Positions 13,290 through 26,027 of a stretch of 52,018 nt of DNA are shown piece by piece (within the stretch, counting starts at the first letter, position 1; each line of letters opens with the position of its first letter). This stretch comes from Paraglomus brasilianum (taxonomy: Eukaryota), in NCBI GenBank assembly GCA_910592345.1, contig CAJVPI010000118.1:1-52018 (forward strand), written 5' to 3'. The notes below the pieces were generated by a model. It was not told where the DNA came from and searched no databases. It saw nothing but the letters and a program-made list of their open reading frames with translations. The translations under genes were made by a program, and so were the position numbers.

Positions 13290-14150
13290 TCTACTATCTT
13301 CCGCGCCCTTTGCACAATTTCATAATGTTAGCTATATTCACCGAGTTTTATACTCTAATGTTGAGGTAGGTTTAACTTTATGAATTGGTGGAGGTCTTCG
13401 ATTGATTACAGTAGAGGATGTTTACGAATTTGTGATTATAATCTAGTATCTTTTTAACTATTACATAGATGACTATTAATTATGCGCATTCATATTCTTG
13501 AAAAAGATGAATTTTGGGGGGTGTCAGTCCGCGGTATAGAATATCATCCAGATATGCAAATTCAGCATTGTTATCGTCAGCCACGACAACGGAAAACTGT
13601 TGGTGTGTTACATGTCGCAATCCTGGAGAGCTATTGAACGTTGGAGAGTGCTATAGTTTGTAAGATTAATCTTACCATCTGAATTGACATTTCTTGGATT
13701 TCAATTTTTCAGCCGACCAAAAATTTCTTCTTGAACTCATCTCGCTGTTACCTGGGAGGTAGTCGACAGGTTAGTTGAATAATTGAGTCTTAATCACAAC
13801 ATGAAATAAAAGTATTGATCAGAAATTACCCTTATATCCTTTTTCCCCCCAGGAAATAGACTTTATTTCAATGGAGGTCTTTGTATCAAATGCATCAGTC
13901 TGCAGAACTGCAAGAGTTATTACTGGAAGAGTATACTTCGGAGGAGAGGATGTCGGAATGCGTGGAACTGTATGATTATATTGAATTATATTTATAAGAA
14001 ACGCTTCCACGTTTATACGCTTCTACGTTTATACGCTTCTAATGAAATATCCTTCTTAATAGGTTTACGTATATGATATTGAGAACCCGACACTCCACAA
14101 GCACTCAATTTGTTGTATTGCAAAAATGTAAAAGGATCTGTCCTTGCTAC
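13290..14150 (-). pseudogene. Superfamily-2 (RecQ/DExH-like) helicase pseudogene
   Basis: Motif-like fragments occur in the expected order across frameshifts: FAIQQIECLWSVG (Ia-like), SISWGEKGY (after motif II), LSTT..QEEIFGRL (III), AYLDDILYRG..PPKFIF (IV), VNILYC..LNLP/NIRV (V), YEIVQRA.GR (VI-like). Many stops. Confidence 0.4.
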
Positions 14151-14506
14151 TTGTGATGTAAGTTGATTTGTGTTGGACCAATGGTAACCTAGGTCGATTT
14201 GTCTAAATTGCCGTTGTTTTATAACGACTGATTAGTTAACGTCGCATTTTTTGACATGCAGATGTATGCAGCATGGCTCTCCCATAAGAGACTATTCTGT
14301 TAGGAGCGTTTGGAACTAATTATTACTTTTTACGAATTGGATGCTCCGCCCGTTCTTGGGATTTCAAGTAAGTAGATTACGAAAGCCGAGTCCTGAACAT
14401 AATATTTTTGATAATTAGTTTATTAGATCAATTTGATATTTAGGAAGAATCAGCAAGCGCTTATTTGGAAGGGACTACCACAAACACTCGGTAAATTTTA
14501 TATTAG

Positions 14507-15650
14507 ATGACAGAGCAATTTACAATTATCCCAAGTCGCATCATTCAGCAATGTTATGTTTGCAATTTCCTTGTTTCATTTGCAAGACGTTCAACTGACT
14601 GTTGCTCCAAATTTACTTTCAGAATTCGTAGATCGAAAATCGTTTGCAAGACGAAACTCATCGGCCGACTTGAAAGCAAAGATCAATACCATGGCTATGA
14701 TGAAAAGACGAGAGATTACGAGGAGATAATTATGGAACGGAATTTGTAGTCTACAATCGTTTACACGACGGAAACTCATCGGCCGACTTGAAAGCAAAGA
14801 TCAATACTATGGCTATGATAAAAAGACGAGGAGAGATAATTCTGAAACAGATTAGTGAAATGACTGTGGATCTTTTGCCAAGTTGTGTTTGTGCGGTGAG
14901 TGACAGAACAATTTACTTTGTCGTTACGGACGACCACAAAAAATCCATTTATCCAAGTCGCATCATTCAGTTACCCCGTTTGCAATTTCCTTGTTTCATT
15001 TTGCAAGACGTTCAACTGACTGTCGCCCCAAATTTACTTTCAGAATTGAAAATCGTTTGCGCGGTGGAAACTCATCTGATCGACTTGAAAGCAAAGATCA
15101 ATACCATGGCCATGATAAGGAGTACAAGGGAGATAATTCTAGAACAGATCAATGATCTTTTACCGAGTTGTGTTTTATGCGGTGAGTGGAAAGGTTGAGA
15201 GGGTGTGTGCTCGTTAATTTGGCTAAAGGCAAGTGTGGGATTATTAATGGAATTAAATAAATTGAACAGGTACTCTGGATCGCGGTAGTGCCGGAGAAAA
15301 GGTACAGGAGAATGCAGTTATTGTATGAACAAATGGTTAATGGCATTCCGCATCCTCCGGAATCTCATAAGACTTTGCGAATACTTTGAGACTTATCCAA
15401 TAGAAAGATATGATAAGGGAACGCCGTCTGATACTACATTCTCTAACTGAAACTGTCTTCTTATGCAGATACAGTGGAATCGAAAACGTAGTTCCCGTCC
15501 GCAATGTTAAATTTCACAAGTGGGGAATCCCCGATTATATTTGTTATCAGGGATTTAGTAAGTATGAAATATTGCGATTTGTAGTGACATCTATTGACCA
15601 ACCTTATTTCAGACTCTGATTTATACCTTTTTGTTTTATAACTTTTAGAT
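14507..15650 (+). repeat. Copy A of a dispersed degenerate family, with an internal ~395-bp tandem duplication (14507-14900 / 14901-15190) and a nested ~120-bp duplication
   Basis: CCAAGTCGCATCATTCAG...TTGCAATTTCCTTGTTTCATT...CAAATTTACTTTCAGAATT occurs twice and GACTTGAAAGCAAAGATCAATAC three times. 15225-15350 aligns with 32713-32862. Confidence 0.8.
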
Positions 15651-15883
15651 TAACCGGGTTTGGGGAGAGAAGCGTTTTTACGTGATTCGTATGCTAATCA
15701 TATAAAAGAATGTGATTTGTATTTTCCCTTCTCAATAATCCATGTCAACTACTTCAATATCTTCTCCGCACGATGGTATGATAACTGTGCCAGTCCCAGG
15801 AAATGTAGTGAGGAAAGATGTAGTCGATAGTCACACGCTGATTAATAATGTGTTACGAATTAAGCACAAAATTCGTTCGTTAC

Positions 15884-15956
15884 ATCATCGTAACTTAGTT
15901 GGACAGAGCGTGGTGCTGATTACGCCAAGTTCGTAGGTTCGATCCCTGCTACCAAT
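15884..15956 (+). pseudogene. tRNA-Ile-derived pseudogene (apparent anticodon GAT) or SINE head
   Basis: A-box-like TAACTTAGTTGG. Anticodon arm TGGTG-CTGATTA-CGCCA and T arm GTAGG-TTCGATC-CCTGC both pair. The acceptor stem does not pair and the D stem is mutated. It resembles eukaryotic tRNA-Ile(AAT) (AGAGCGTGGTGCTAATAACGCCAAGGTCG). Confidence 0.75.
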
Positions 15957-16560
15957 ATGGTATACTTTCTACGTATAATGTCAATACACGCCCCGTCATT
16001 TTAATGACGCGCTCTCTGTATATGATCGTGTGCTCATTATTGTTATCCATTGCGGAACAATATTATTATATCCCTGATGCTATATAGTTCTCCAGAAACC
16101 TCAGTATTGCAGCTATTAATACGACCATAAGTTGCACGAGTCGGTCAATATATCTTGTTTGTCTGCAGGTCGCTTGTCGATCCTATCATGAGAGAGTTAT
16201 ATCAGGGATGGTTCCATGGAATTAATGGCAACGCGTCTATGATCGAAATGCACGGTTCAAGGTGGACCAGGGAAAATATGTGTCGGTGTTGATGAAGAGA
16301 CAAAAATTGTAGATAGTGAATAGGTAAAAGGAGGTGTGGGGATTGGATGTCCCAGTCACTAAGTTGGCTGGCGGATCAAATTCCGTGATATTTACGCTAA
16401 CACTTATAGTGATATTCAATTGTTTAGTTGGTGATTTAAATAAAAAAGTCATTTTTAATTTTCGCGTTTTAAATCTAACGACTCAAAGACATGCATAATT
16501 GACTACGAGATATACGTGTGGTAATTTTAAATGTTTGATAACAAAATTTATTGACCCATT

Positions 16561-16654
16561 TAAATCGACTAAGTTATAAACAAATATTTTTTAATCTACT
16601 AAGTTACAGACAAATATTTTTTAATCGACTAAGTTATAGACAAATCTTTTTTAA
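16561..16654 (+). repeat. 30-bp tandem repeat x3
   Basis: Unit approximately TTAATCGACTAAGTTATAGACAAATATTTT. Confidence 0.9.
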
Positions 16655-17121
16655 GAATACATATGACAACTAGTTATTTATATTAACTTTCGTAATTGAT
16701 ATTATTATTATTAATCAAATAATCAAAATTTTGCTTCTTCTTTTTCTTCCTAATCTAAAACATGATAATAACATTTATAATCTAATATCTATTGCGCATC
16801 GGCTTGTATGTATACCTCTGGAACCAGATAATTTTTTCTGGTCCCATTATTATTATTAATTGAAATCCAGCCGGCTGTCGGGGTGATGTTCATCCAATAT
16901 ATTTTTTATACTCGTCCGGCAACCATCGAAACGTCTCCTCCGTTGAGATTACACTCAGTTTAAGTCCTTCCGCAATATCCGATACATATCCCTGTCTTGG
17001 ATATGTGCGTAGAACGTGGTATTGCTGTTTCGTACGGAAGGCTTGCTTGGTGGCAGGGGAGAGTCACGGGCTTTAAATGTGGTTGGACGGCCGGCCCTTT
17101 TGTGGTGAGGTGGGTCAAATC

Positions 17122-17298
17122 CGTATGTTGGATATTGACGCAGAAAAGTGAAAAGGTTTACGTGAAGACGTCAAATCCAAAAATGACATACGGTCGACTC
17201 GTATGTTGGATATTGACACAAAAAAGTGAGAAGGTTTGCGTAAAGACGTCAAATCCAAAAATGACATATGTCGACTGCAAAAAAGTGAAAAGGTTTAT
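17122..17298 (+). repeat. 78-bp tandem repeat, two copies plus a partial third
   Basis: CGTATGTTGGATATTGAC.CA.AAAAGTGA.AAGGTTT.CGT.AAGACGTCAAATCCAAAAATGACATA starts at 17122 and 17200. The AAAAGTGA motif recurs at ~17282 and ~17348. Confidence 0.9.
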
Positions 17299-18648
17299 AC
17301 AAAATCTGAATCTTGTTGATAGTGTATGTGTTTCTGTGTCTTTGAAGAAAAGTGAACAGATTTACATAAAGTTTAAATTTTAGCGGTATATGTTTTCATG
17401 TTATTAAAGGCCCGCCTTTGTTTGCGTGTAGCGAAATGCTTAGTTTTGCTTTGGTGCAGAATCTGGATTTTATCATGTCATTATATATGTACTTCTTTAA
17501 CAGTGGGGTGTTCGTTAGGCGTAGTTAGGAGTATCCACAATTCCAATGACTGCTCTATTGTTCGCATTAGGACCGGACCCAATTTTCCGAAATGGCCTTA
17601 TTTTCTTTGTTCTGTACAAAACTCGATAACCAGTGTACAGATGGGGCTGATGAGCATATGTATCTGCATGCTAAAGCACGATATCCTTTTCCGTCTTTAT
17701 ATTTGGGGTAATGTTGAATGGCAATATGATGCTTGGCGTTTTTTGTGTCGCGTGTAAAATTGCTATTACCTTTCTATTTTCAGGTTGAATGTCCCAATGA
17801 CAAATTTAGCAACTCGTTTACGAGTTGGCGTCTGATCCGATAGATTATGCAAGAGAGATAATATACTCGTCACTACACACGGTAACACACAGTAATTAAT
17901 GTATCTACCAACACTATCGATTATCAGTATACCCCCAAAAAGAGCTGGCTGATAGTATTCACAATATTGGCGTTTAGTCCTTGTTTGAAGCCAAATCTTA
18001 TTAAGATTTTTTGGGGACAACAGACGCAACGGCTGTGTATTGAGCTTATCTCTTTTGAGTTTATCCTATAGTCCCTCGTATATGCGAGGATCGAAACTTT
18101 CATATGCCATTTGTTACAAGTGTAGAGCAGACAGCCAGCAAACGCTCGTAGCACAACTGTTGACTGCATAATCTGTTTTTGGTAAATTTCACATTCTTTG
18201 CTTGTTAAGGTTATTCATTGACGTGCAAGTGGAACGATCCACACTAAATTAGTTATTTTGTGTGTGGGTATGAAAATGTCAATATTCGTATCGATGATAG
18301 GGGGTGTTTTAGAGAATTACTATTCGCCCTGCCAGGATAACTATATTATCAAGCATTTACTTATATAAAAAGACAAATTTGGATAGCACTTGACCCTTAG
18401 AGGCATATCCCAAAGATGCTATACGCAACTTATCGTTATTCCATGTCATTCTCTGCAAACTGCTATGATTTAAAACTCCGCCTACTGACACTAACCATGG
18501 CACGTCACGCCTTTGCAACATACGCAGCAAGGCGGTTTGTAGTGAAAGAGACGAGATACGTGACCGTCCACAAAGAGTCATGGAGAAAAGAGTGGTGGGT
18601 GGACCTTTAAACAGACCTTTCCCACTCGTCACGGAACTTGAAAATAGT

Positions 18649-18805
18649 GACGAAGGGGATACAGAAGAGAATTGTGAAGATGAAATCGAAGAAGAAGACA
18701 ATGGAAAGATTCACAGCAATGACTTTGACGAAGAGGATACAGAAGAGAACTGTGAAGATGAAACCGAAGAAGAAGACAATGGAAAGATTCACAGCAATGA
18801 CTTTG
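18649..18805 (+). repeat. 78-bp in-frame tandem duplication encoding an acidic 26-aa unit
   Basis: EGDTEENCEDEIEEEDNGKIHSNDFD / EEDTEENCEDETEEEDNGKIHSNDFV within ORF 18580-18834. Confidence 0.9.
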
Positions 18806-20018
18806 TAGACAAACCAACGCCAGCATCTTGTTGATCGTGGGTCCTAAGTAGTGGTACTAACGTCGGTCGCTGCGATTCCAGAGGCTCATCTTTGACGCAA
18901 CGATATACGCCGGAAGAAAGTAAGTCTAACCAAACAAATTGGAGATTCCGGCCGTCCTGGTACCGCCTCGATACTGCATAACCCTCCAAAAATACCAGAT
19001 GGACAGTAACTTGTATCGTTCGAATGCACACGTACGATGCAAGTAAATACGCGGATATACAGAAGATATATGTTCAAGCAAACGACAACAGTTAGTCTTC
19101 TCCGTTTAGTGTTTCTTGGGAGCTGGAAATCCAACAACAACTTGCGTGTTGGATACAACCCATCGGAGCATGTGAGATACCCCGATGTATTCCCGTGCGG
19201 TGTATCCTATAAATTTCGCCGTGTGCTCCATACAAATTACTTAAATTTTGTGACATTATACAACAACCATCAACAAATGATTACATGATTGTGATGCAAT
19301 TGACAACTTGATTCAATATGATCGCCCATTATTGTTCTACGAATGTAAGCAAATATCTCCAATCTTTAGCATTAAGTTAGTATTATATTGGTTGTTTCTT
19401 TTATTGCTTCGACTTCTGTATTACCTCCCGGATTCGATGCATAACGAAACATCGTTAGACTTTTGTTATTAATAAACAATAAACAAGCAAAATTCAAATT
19501 GTCTTGGAATGCTGACCGAGTAAACTTGATGAAAATGATGATTTACGTTTAGCGTTAGTAAAACTAATTTCCATATTTATAATAATCACGTGAAATAAAT
19601 CCCACCTTAGCTCGAAAGAGTAATTGAAGTGAATAACAATTATTTTTGGACTATGCAAGATAACAAAGTCATTTTGCCGTCATTGGGCGCATAAGACTAA
19701 AGGATTGGATACGATCATTAATCATACATATTACATTATATAACTTAGACTAACACTTATGGATGATGGTTCCGCATTCACTTGCTGTATCCAATCCGAT
19801 CAGTCTTTTGTATCACTTGTCACCTGCGTAGAAGGATCTTATGGAAATCCCAATTCATCAGCTGATACATTTATTTCCCATGAATACTTGCTAGGTTTCT
19901 CGTTTTTGCTGCGAGTCCCTGAGAATTGGTGATACTGCATGACTTCACGTACCGTACAATCGGAAAATTCTCAACTTGTTGCGCATTTCCTCAATAAATA
20001 GCAAAGACTGCCAACAAT

Positions 20019-20044
20019 GACGACGACAACAACAACCACCACCG

Positions 20045-20103
<59 letters not shown>

Positions 20104-20121
20104 GCTACTACTACTACCACC
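20019..20121 (+). repeat. Compound trinucleotide microsatellite (GAC)n(AAC)n(CAC)n(CTA)n
   Basis: Directly visible; the main CTA run is at ~20045-20098. Confidence 0.95.
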
Positions 20122-20156
20122 CAACATACCCTGCCAACGAGAACCGCACGCAATTT

Positions 20157-20285
20157 ACGGAAAGCAAAAAAAAGCAAGCTATAACAGCCTTTGCAGCATT
20201 ACCCATCAACGGGATGAACGGCACGGAAAGCAAAAAAAAGCAAGCTTATAGCAGCTTTGCAGCATTACCCATCAATGGGAACGGG
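20157..20285 (+). repeat. 66-bp tandem duplication
   Basis: ACGGAAAGCAAAAAAAAGCAAGCT...TTTGCAGCATTACCCATCAA.GGGA starts at 20157 and 20223. Confidence 0.9.
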
Positions 20286-23200
20286 GCGCAATTAATGATG
20301 ACGAACGTAAGTTAGATAGCAGATTTTACACGCTTATATTTGCTACAAGTTTAGAATAGAATATTTACCATTCAATTATTTTTCCTCAGAGTTCATCTAC
20401 TATTTGGTCTCGGTGTTCTACGGTGAGGTACAACACCGTGCTGAATGGGACGCAAAGATTTTATTATGCGTCTCTTTCTTTCCTGGCGGTCCGATGCCGC
20501 CTTGTAAGTTTTTTTTTTTCATACCCGAATATCGTAAATCTGCTTGTACGAAAATCTTCTAATCTTTCTACTGTTTCTGTGCTAATAGTTACATTTTCCG
20601 ACCGAATGGAAGGGCAAAAGAAAAAAGCAACACGCAAACGGCACCAGGCAGCACAACGGGGGATGGTATAACCGGATGGCGGTTCGAGCCTTTGCACCTC
20701 CCTCGTATAATTATTGGCCATAGTAATAGGACCCAAAACCAGACATTGAAAAAACAGCGTCTGGAATATCAATATCAATTTATTCATTTATCTATTGTAT
20801 TAATTATTATGATGTACCAAATAACATATTAAATAAATAATCAAGAGTGTTCTCAATTTCAACGAAGTGACCTATGGAAAATATCAATATCTTGTAACTA
20901 ATAAAACCCCATCGCGTACTATTAGTATGAGCAAGGTGAATATCTTGTTTCACAAATGGTGATCAGCAAACACAATATCGTGTATGATATTCTAATACAG
21001 CAAGCCGTTTTCCTCAGCGGATACAGGTAAAGACTCCGAGAGGCATGCATGGTTTAATGTGTGTAGATTAGAGTATGGGATGAAAACGAGTGATTACGAA
21101 CAGGAATTACAAAGTGACGAAAGCCTTCTGCTATTGTATTCTTGCACGCAAATTAGATCGGAATGAAGTAAAATTAAAGGCAAATTCCCTGTCAAGTTTT
21201 TAACTAAGTTACTTGGCAAAAAGGTAAAATGAGTACTATGAACACTGTTTTGCATCTAATTACTCTCATTCTATATTATTTGACGGTTAACATTCACTAT
21301 TCCTCCTGTCTTATAAAGCAACATGTAGTGTTCGCGTGCGTTAGCTGTTGGAGTTGGATTGTTACCATTATCGACATCTCTACCGGCCAACACGGAATAG
21401 TAGACAACTGGCTCCGAATGATCAAAGATATTTACCGCAACAACAAACATGATGTCGATTCTCATTCTACCAACTGTTGTGCGTTTTATAACAATATTCC
21501 AGCTCGGTCAGTGTTGGTTTAATATAACCTGGACAAAGAGAAATTCGAACGAGTTCTGCAGAAAGAAGAAATTTATATAGAACTTGAACTGACTCTGCGC
21601 TCTCAAAACTATAAACATGGACAGACCCGACCATTCATATCGAATTATTCGATTATGGGAAGATTGGAACTTGTATAAAAAGCGACGGCCTTTCATGAAA
21701 GCGGCGAACAATGCGGTGAGCTAACGAACTGTATCGTCGTTCCTTTTCAACATCAAACTCACAGAGACAGAAGCTTCTTAATGATGTCTTGGACTACTTT
21801 AATAAAGCTTTTGAGACTGTACAATCTCTTCCGGACTCAGCTGATGATGGCATAATATACAACACCGGATGAAATGACGAAGCAAAGGAAATACATACCG
21901 AAATTGTCCGTATGAATCGGAACCCGCCTAGATAAGGATATTTATCTTCAGGGCCTCAAACCAGACAAGAGTATCTGCAGAACTTAAGCATATCAAGATC
22001 GCAACTACCGTAATAAATCTACAAAGAGATCATTTCTGACCTTGAAAAACCGGCACCGACGTTGTTGCCACAATATCACTATCGAACAGCCCGACACGGA
22101 TTTGAGAAGCGGTAAACATAACATCTAGCATTGGCAGCTATGGGATGGTTCAAGTTAAACGCAACGAGTGACAAGAAAGGAGTGATTATGACAAAGAGCG
22201 CGTGCATATCAGAAAGCAACGCTTTACTTTTTATAGAGTTGCAGTGGCAAAAGGGTAGAGTCCATGAGGCTAAGGACGTGTTTATTAAAGTAAGGAAAGA
22301 AAATTTACATGACCGCACACTGAAGACGGTTGGCATTATATTTATCACTATTTTGTATTTCTGTTCAGTTGCGAGGAACGTGGTCCGGAGGTCAACATTA
22401 ATATGGCGCATGCCTACGTGGAGACCGAAGGAAAGGATTATAATTCGAGAAAATTTATGACGAAAAGCGCGTAGTATTTTTACAACACCGCCTCAACAAT
22501 TTGATCAATATATCGATAAAAACAATACGAATTTATAAATGCAGCTGGTATGTTAACAAATTAATGTTAAATATCGAGTGTTATTATTATTAATTATTAA
22601 TTACTATTACTATACTGTATATTCCGTCATACGTCAACACGCAGTATACTCGACCCATACGATTTCCATCTCAGTGAATCAATAGGGCCTCGGCATATCC
22701 CAAATGCGATTTCAATTGTAAGGTGAGTTTTTTACAGCTGTTTCTATACTTTTATTGTATTTTTGTTGCTCACATGTTATTTTATCTTGTCTATGGTCAT
22801 CAGATTATTGAATATCTTCTAGATGCAAATAAATAAAACGATAAATGCTTCAGTCAATATCGTTTATTACATTGCACGTGTCGATCTGAACGTGGACATG
22901 GCGTGTGTGTGTGCACGAAGAATGAAAACATGGGGAAAATATATAGAATCCGAAGACTTTGTCGGTCCAGTGAAGAAGAAGAAAAAAACGCTCAGACGGG
23001 GATATACCGTATATTCCGGAACTGGTAACGTTTCACTGCCTTTTTTGGTGACTTTATCAACAATTATCGTTCAGATGCTGACTATACATCTCTCTGGCTT
23101 ATAACAACTAGGAACTAGAGGATTTCTTTTGATCCGTGAACATTAATCGGGTCTGGGGCAGATTACGTAATAGTTTAAGGATTGAGTAACACTCAATAGC

Positions 23201-25599
23201 AGATTCTCTGTAGGCATCATTTGGTGGGCTCTTGAGTCTATATTCCCACTCTTTTTCCACCATACGCTCAAGCAATTAATACTTCTAGGTCCGACGTTGC
23301 AAATCCTGACATTCAAAAACTAACAGGAATGCGCACTACTTCGACTAGATAACTGTCTCGAGACGTTTGACTTGATAAACAATGAATTTTACGTAAGGAC
23401 CGACATTGGAATTAAAAATGCACATGTGAATTCTCATGTTTGATGGATGATGGAAATAAAAGAGTAGATTGATAGGCCGTCACACGTTCTGGATTTACTA
23501 TTCATGCCCGTTGCCATGATGGGTAGGCCTTATGATTATGATTTCTGTTTCATTGTTATATGTACATATTGATGCCAACAGTTTTTTAGGGATTAGCTAG
23601 ATTCCATTAACCTAATGTTTACATAACCCAATCTCATTTCGTACAAGGTAGATAAACATCCTTTTTGTCTTTCCGCACATGAAGCCCTACAGTACGTTCT
23701 TGATGGGTCACCAACTGGTTGACGATGGCAAGGATGCATTATAAAATATCTATTTTAATTTCTCGACAATTGCGTGTAAGTTAAAAAATAGGTTTAGGGT
23801 CAGAATTATAGAACAATATGTTTAATAAAAATACTAGCGGTCAATTTCTGAAACATTGTTCTTCTTTTTTACACTAGCAGAGCCGAGAACACGGAATTAG
23901 CGTCACTGTTGAATGTTTGTATAAAGTCTTAGTCATCGGAACAAAAATTATGCATAAAATTTAGTGCACTCAAAGCTGGTGATCTTCAGGGTAACTTGAC
24001 AAATATGAATTGTGGCGTAATTAATTTCCAAATTGTGCGAACCAGTATCGGAACATAGAGACTAATATGTTTGAATGAATTTACAAACACAAGGCAGTAG
24101 ATATGCTGATGTATGTACCTCTCTAAAATTGAACGTTATATCTATGGGCGATATCTGACGAAAATGATACTTATAGACATCATAGTGACATCATAATTAT
24201 ATCATAATCATAATCATACCGGACATAAAGGCTACGACGTAATGGACGACTTTCCAGAGTTTGCTGACATCTATAGTCGAATTTATAAACAACTTAAATA
24301 TTTATGTCGTCATCTCCTTTTATCACATTTTACTATACCATAAATCTATCTTTCCTGGCCATCTATCTATCATTAACAATGAAGTTATATCCTCTCTCCC
24401 TTCTCCTAACATTATATTACCAACTAATTCCCTGGCTTTAGGCCTTTATTGATTCAGTTAGTCTTTTAGATAGCTTTGTACTGCTGTCTAAGAGCAGCTT
24501 TAGCAGTTTTCTTTAGTTGTCAATAAAGGTCCTGTAAAATCGAATATTTGTGTCACTGTCGATTTGTTAGCGGTTCTTTTCCCAGACACTCCACCAGACG
24601 TTCTGATGGCATTTAAGAGATATTGACGCGTTTGCCTTACTTTTCAACGCATTATTGTCTCAGTTTCGATACACTAACCAAGCGGTTTGTACAGTGCCAT
24701 ACCGCCGAGCTAGTTTTATTCGGATAAAATCTCTTTTCTATATCCACACATCCCTTCCTTAGACCTCTCTCCCCAATCCCGTCCGTTCGACATAACTCAA
24801 AGTTCCCATTTGAAATAATAAACCCAATCTTTCTCGAATTCTTAAATTTCAGTTTTACCCGCAGCCTCCATCCAATCCGAGTATTGCATAATGCTGATTC
24901 GCAGTCAGTAATTGTAATGCTGATCTAGAAAGCATTAAGGATGATGGGATGGAGAAAGCTCGAGAGACATAAAAAGCGGACATTCATACGAATGAATAAT
25001 ATTCATCTTCTCATCGCATTGTTCCCGTGGTTGCGTAAATTATACGGAGAAGCGTCCAGAAACTGTTATACCTGCCCATCGAATGGTTCTGACTCAATCG
25101 CTGGATCACTTTTCCTTCAAAGAAGAATTATTTTTACACAAGAACTAGATTCCATATCCAACACGACCAAAAGGCATATTTAACGCTCTTTGAATTGGCC
25201 TTTTCCCGTTGGTTGTAGAGTGGGACATTGTAATTCTCGGCAACAATTTTCATCCAAATTAAAAAATCGTTTATGACGTTGTTATTTTAGTATTAGTATT
25301 TATCAACCCTGACTATTGCTCAGTGTGTAACGTAATGGTGGGGACAAAAAGCGTGTAATAGTAACGAAATACCCCCAAAAACCACGTAAATTTTGAAATC
25401 CGCATTCCCGTATTTGAGAATTGAAAGAAAAAACAACAAAACGCGTTTGTTACGCGATCCTTACATTAATACTTATTTTATTTGTTTACATTTTATTAAT
25501 TATATAAACAATTATCTTTTACTGTTTCGCTTTAAAAACATGGTTAGCGCAAGACTTGAAGCTTGTTGCAAAGGTTTATCGATAACAATGCAATAGTCC

Positions 25600-25730
25600 T
25601 GTCCAGACGTGCAAGAAATTGGTGGATTAAAACAATATATGGTTGAAGAATGGGAAACCATTTCAGACCACGGTGAAAATTTTAATATGCTCAATGAAAA
25701 ATATATGTAAATTAGTTATAGAAAATAAAA
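25600..25730 (+). mobile_element. Tc1/mariner transposase C-terminal remnant
   Basis: GLKQYMVEEWETISDH/(frameshift)VKILICSMKNICKLVIENK resembles the Tc1-type C-terminal consensus (L...+.EEW..I....+..L+.SM..R+..V+..KG). Confidence 0.6.
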
Positions 25731-26027
25731 TTTATTGAAATATAGTACATCTTCCAATCGCATACTTCTCTATCAATGTAAATTATCCGTAACACTGACT
25801 CTTGAAACCAGAAATCGTTGTTCAAGCCGGTAATCCAGGAATTAAAAAATAGCAACATTTCTGAGAATGGGAGGATTTTACCTACATGAATGTTGTACAA
25901 ATACAAAACTCCGATTTGGAACAAGAAAATTCCGGCCTAATTCCCAGAAAGAATACGTTTTAGTGCTGGCGAGAAATCCATAAAAGTCAAAATGTTCATA
26001 CTACACGAAACATTTATTGTGGGAGCT

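Noticed and set aside
19945..20177. Poly-Ser and poly-Val ORFs
   Set aside because: These are artefacts of the (CTA)n microsatellite.
20655..20703. B-box-like GGTTCGAGCC
   Set aside because: No cloverleaf or properly spaced A box.
21780..23480. Further possible gene remnants (also 12540-12940, 29550-30000, 37030-37700, 47270-47900)
   Set aside because: There are splice-like signals and protein-like fragments, but no recognisable family or consistent gene model, so they are too weak to call.
24300..25250. Possible LINE 3' remnant on the minus strand (AVWHCT)
   Set aside because: No RT or endonuclease motifs and no complete zinc knuckle were recognisable.
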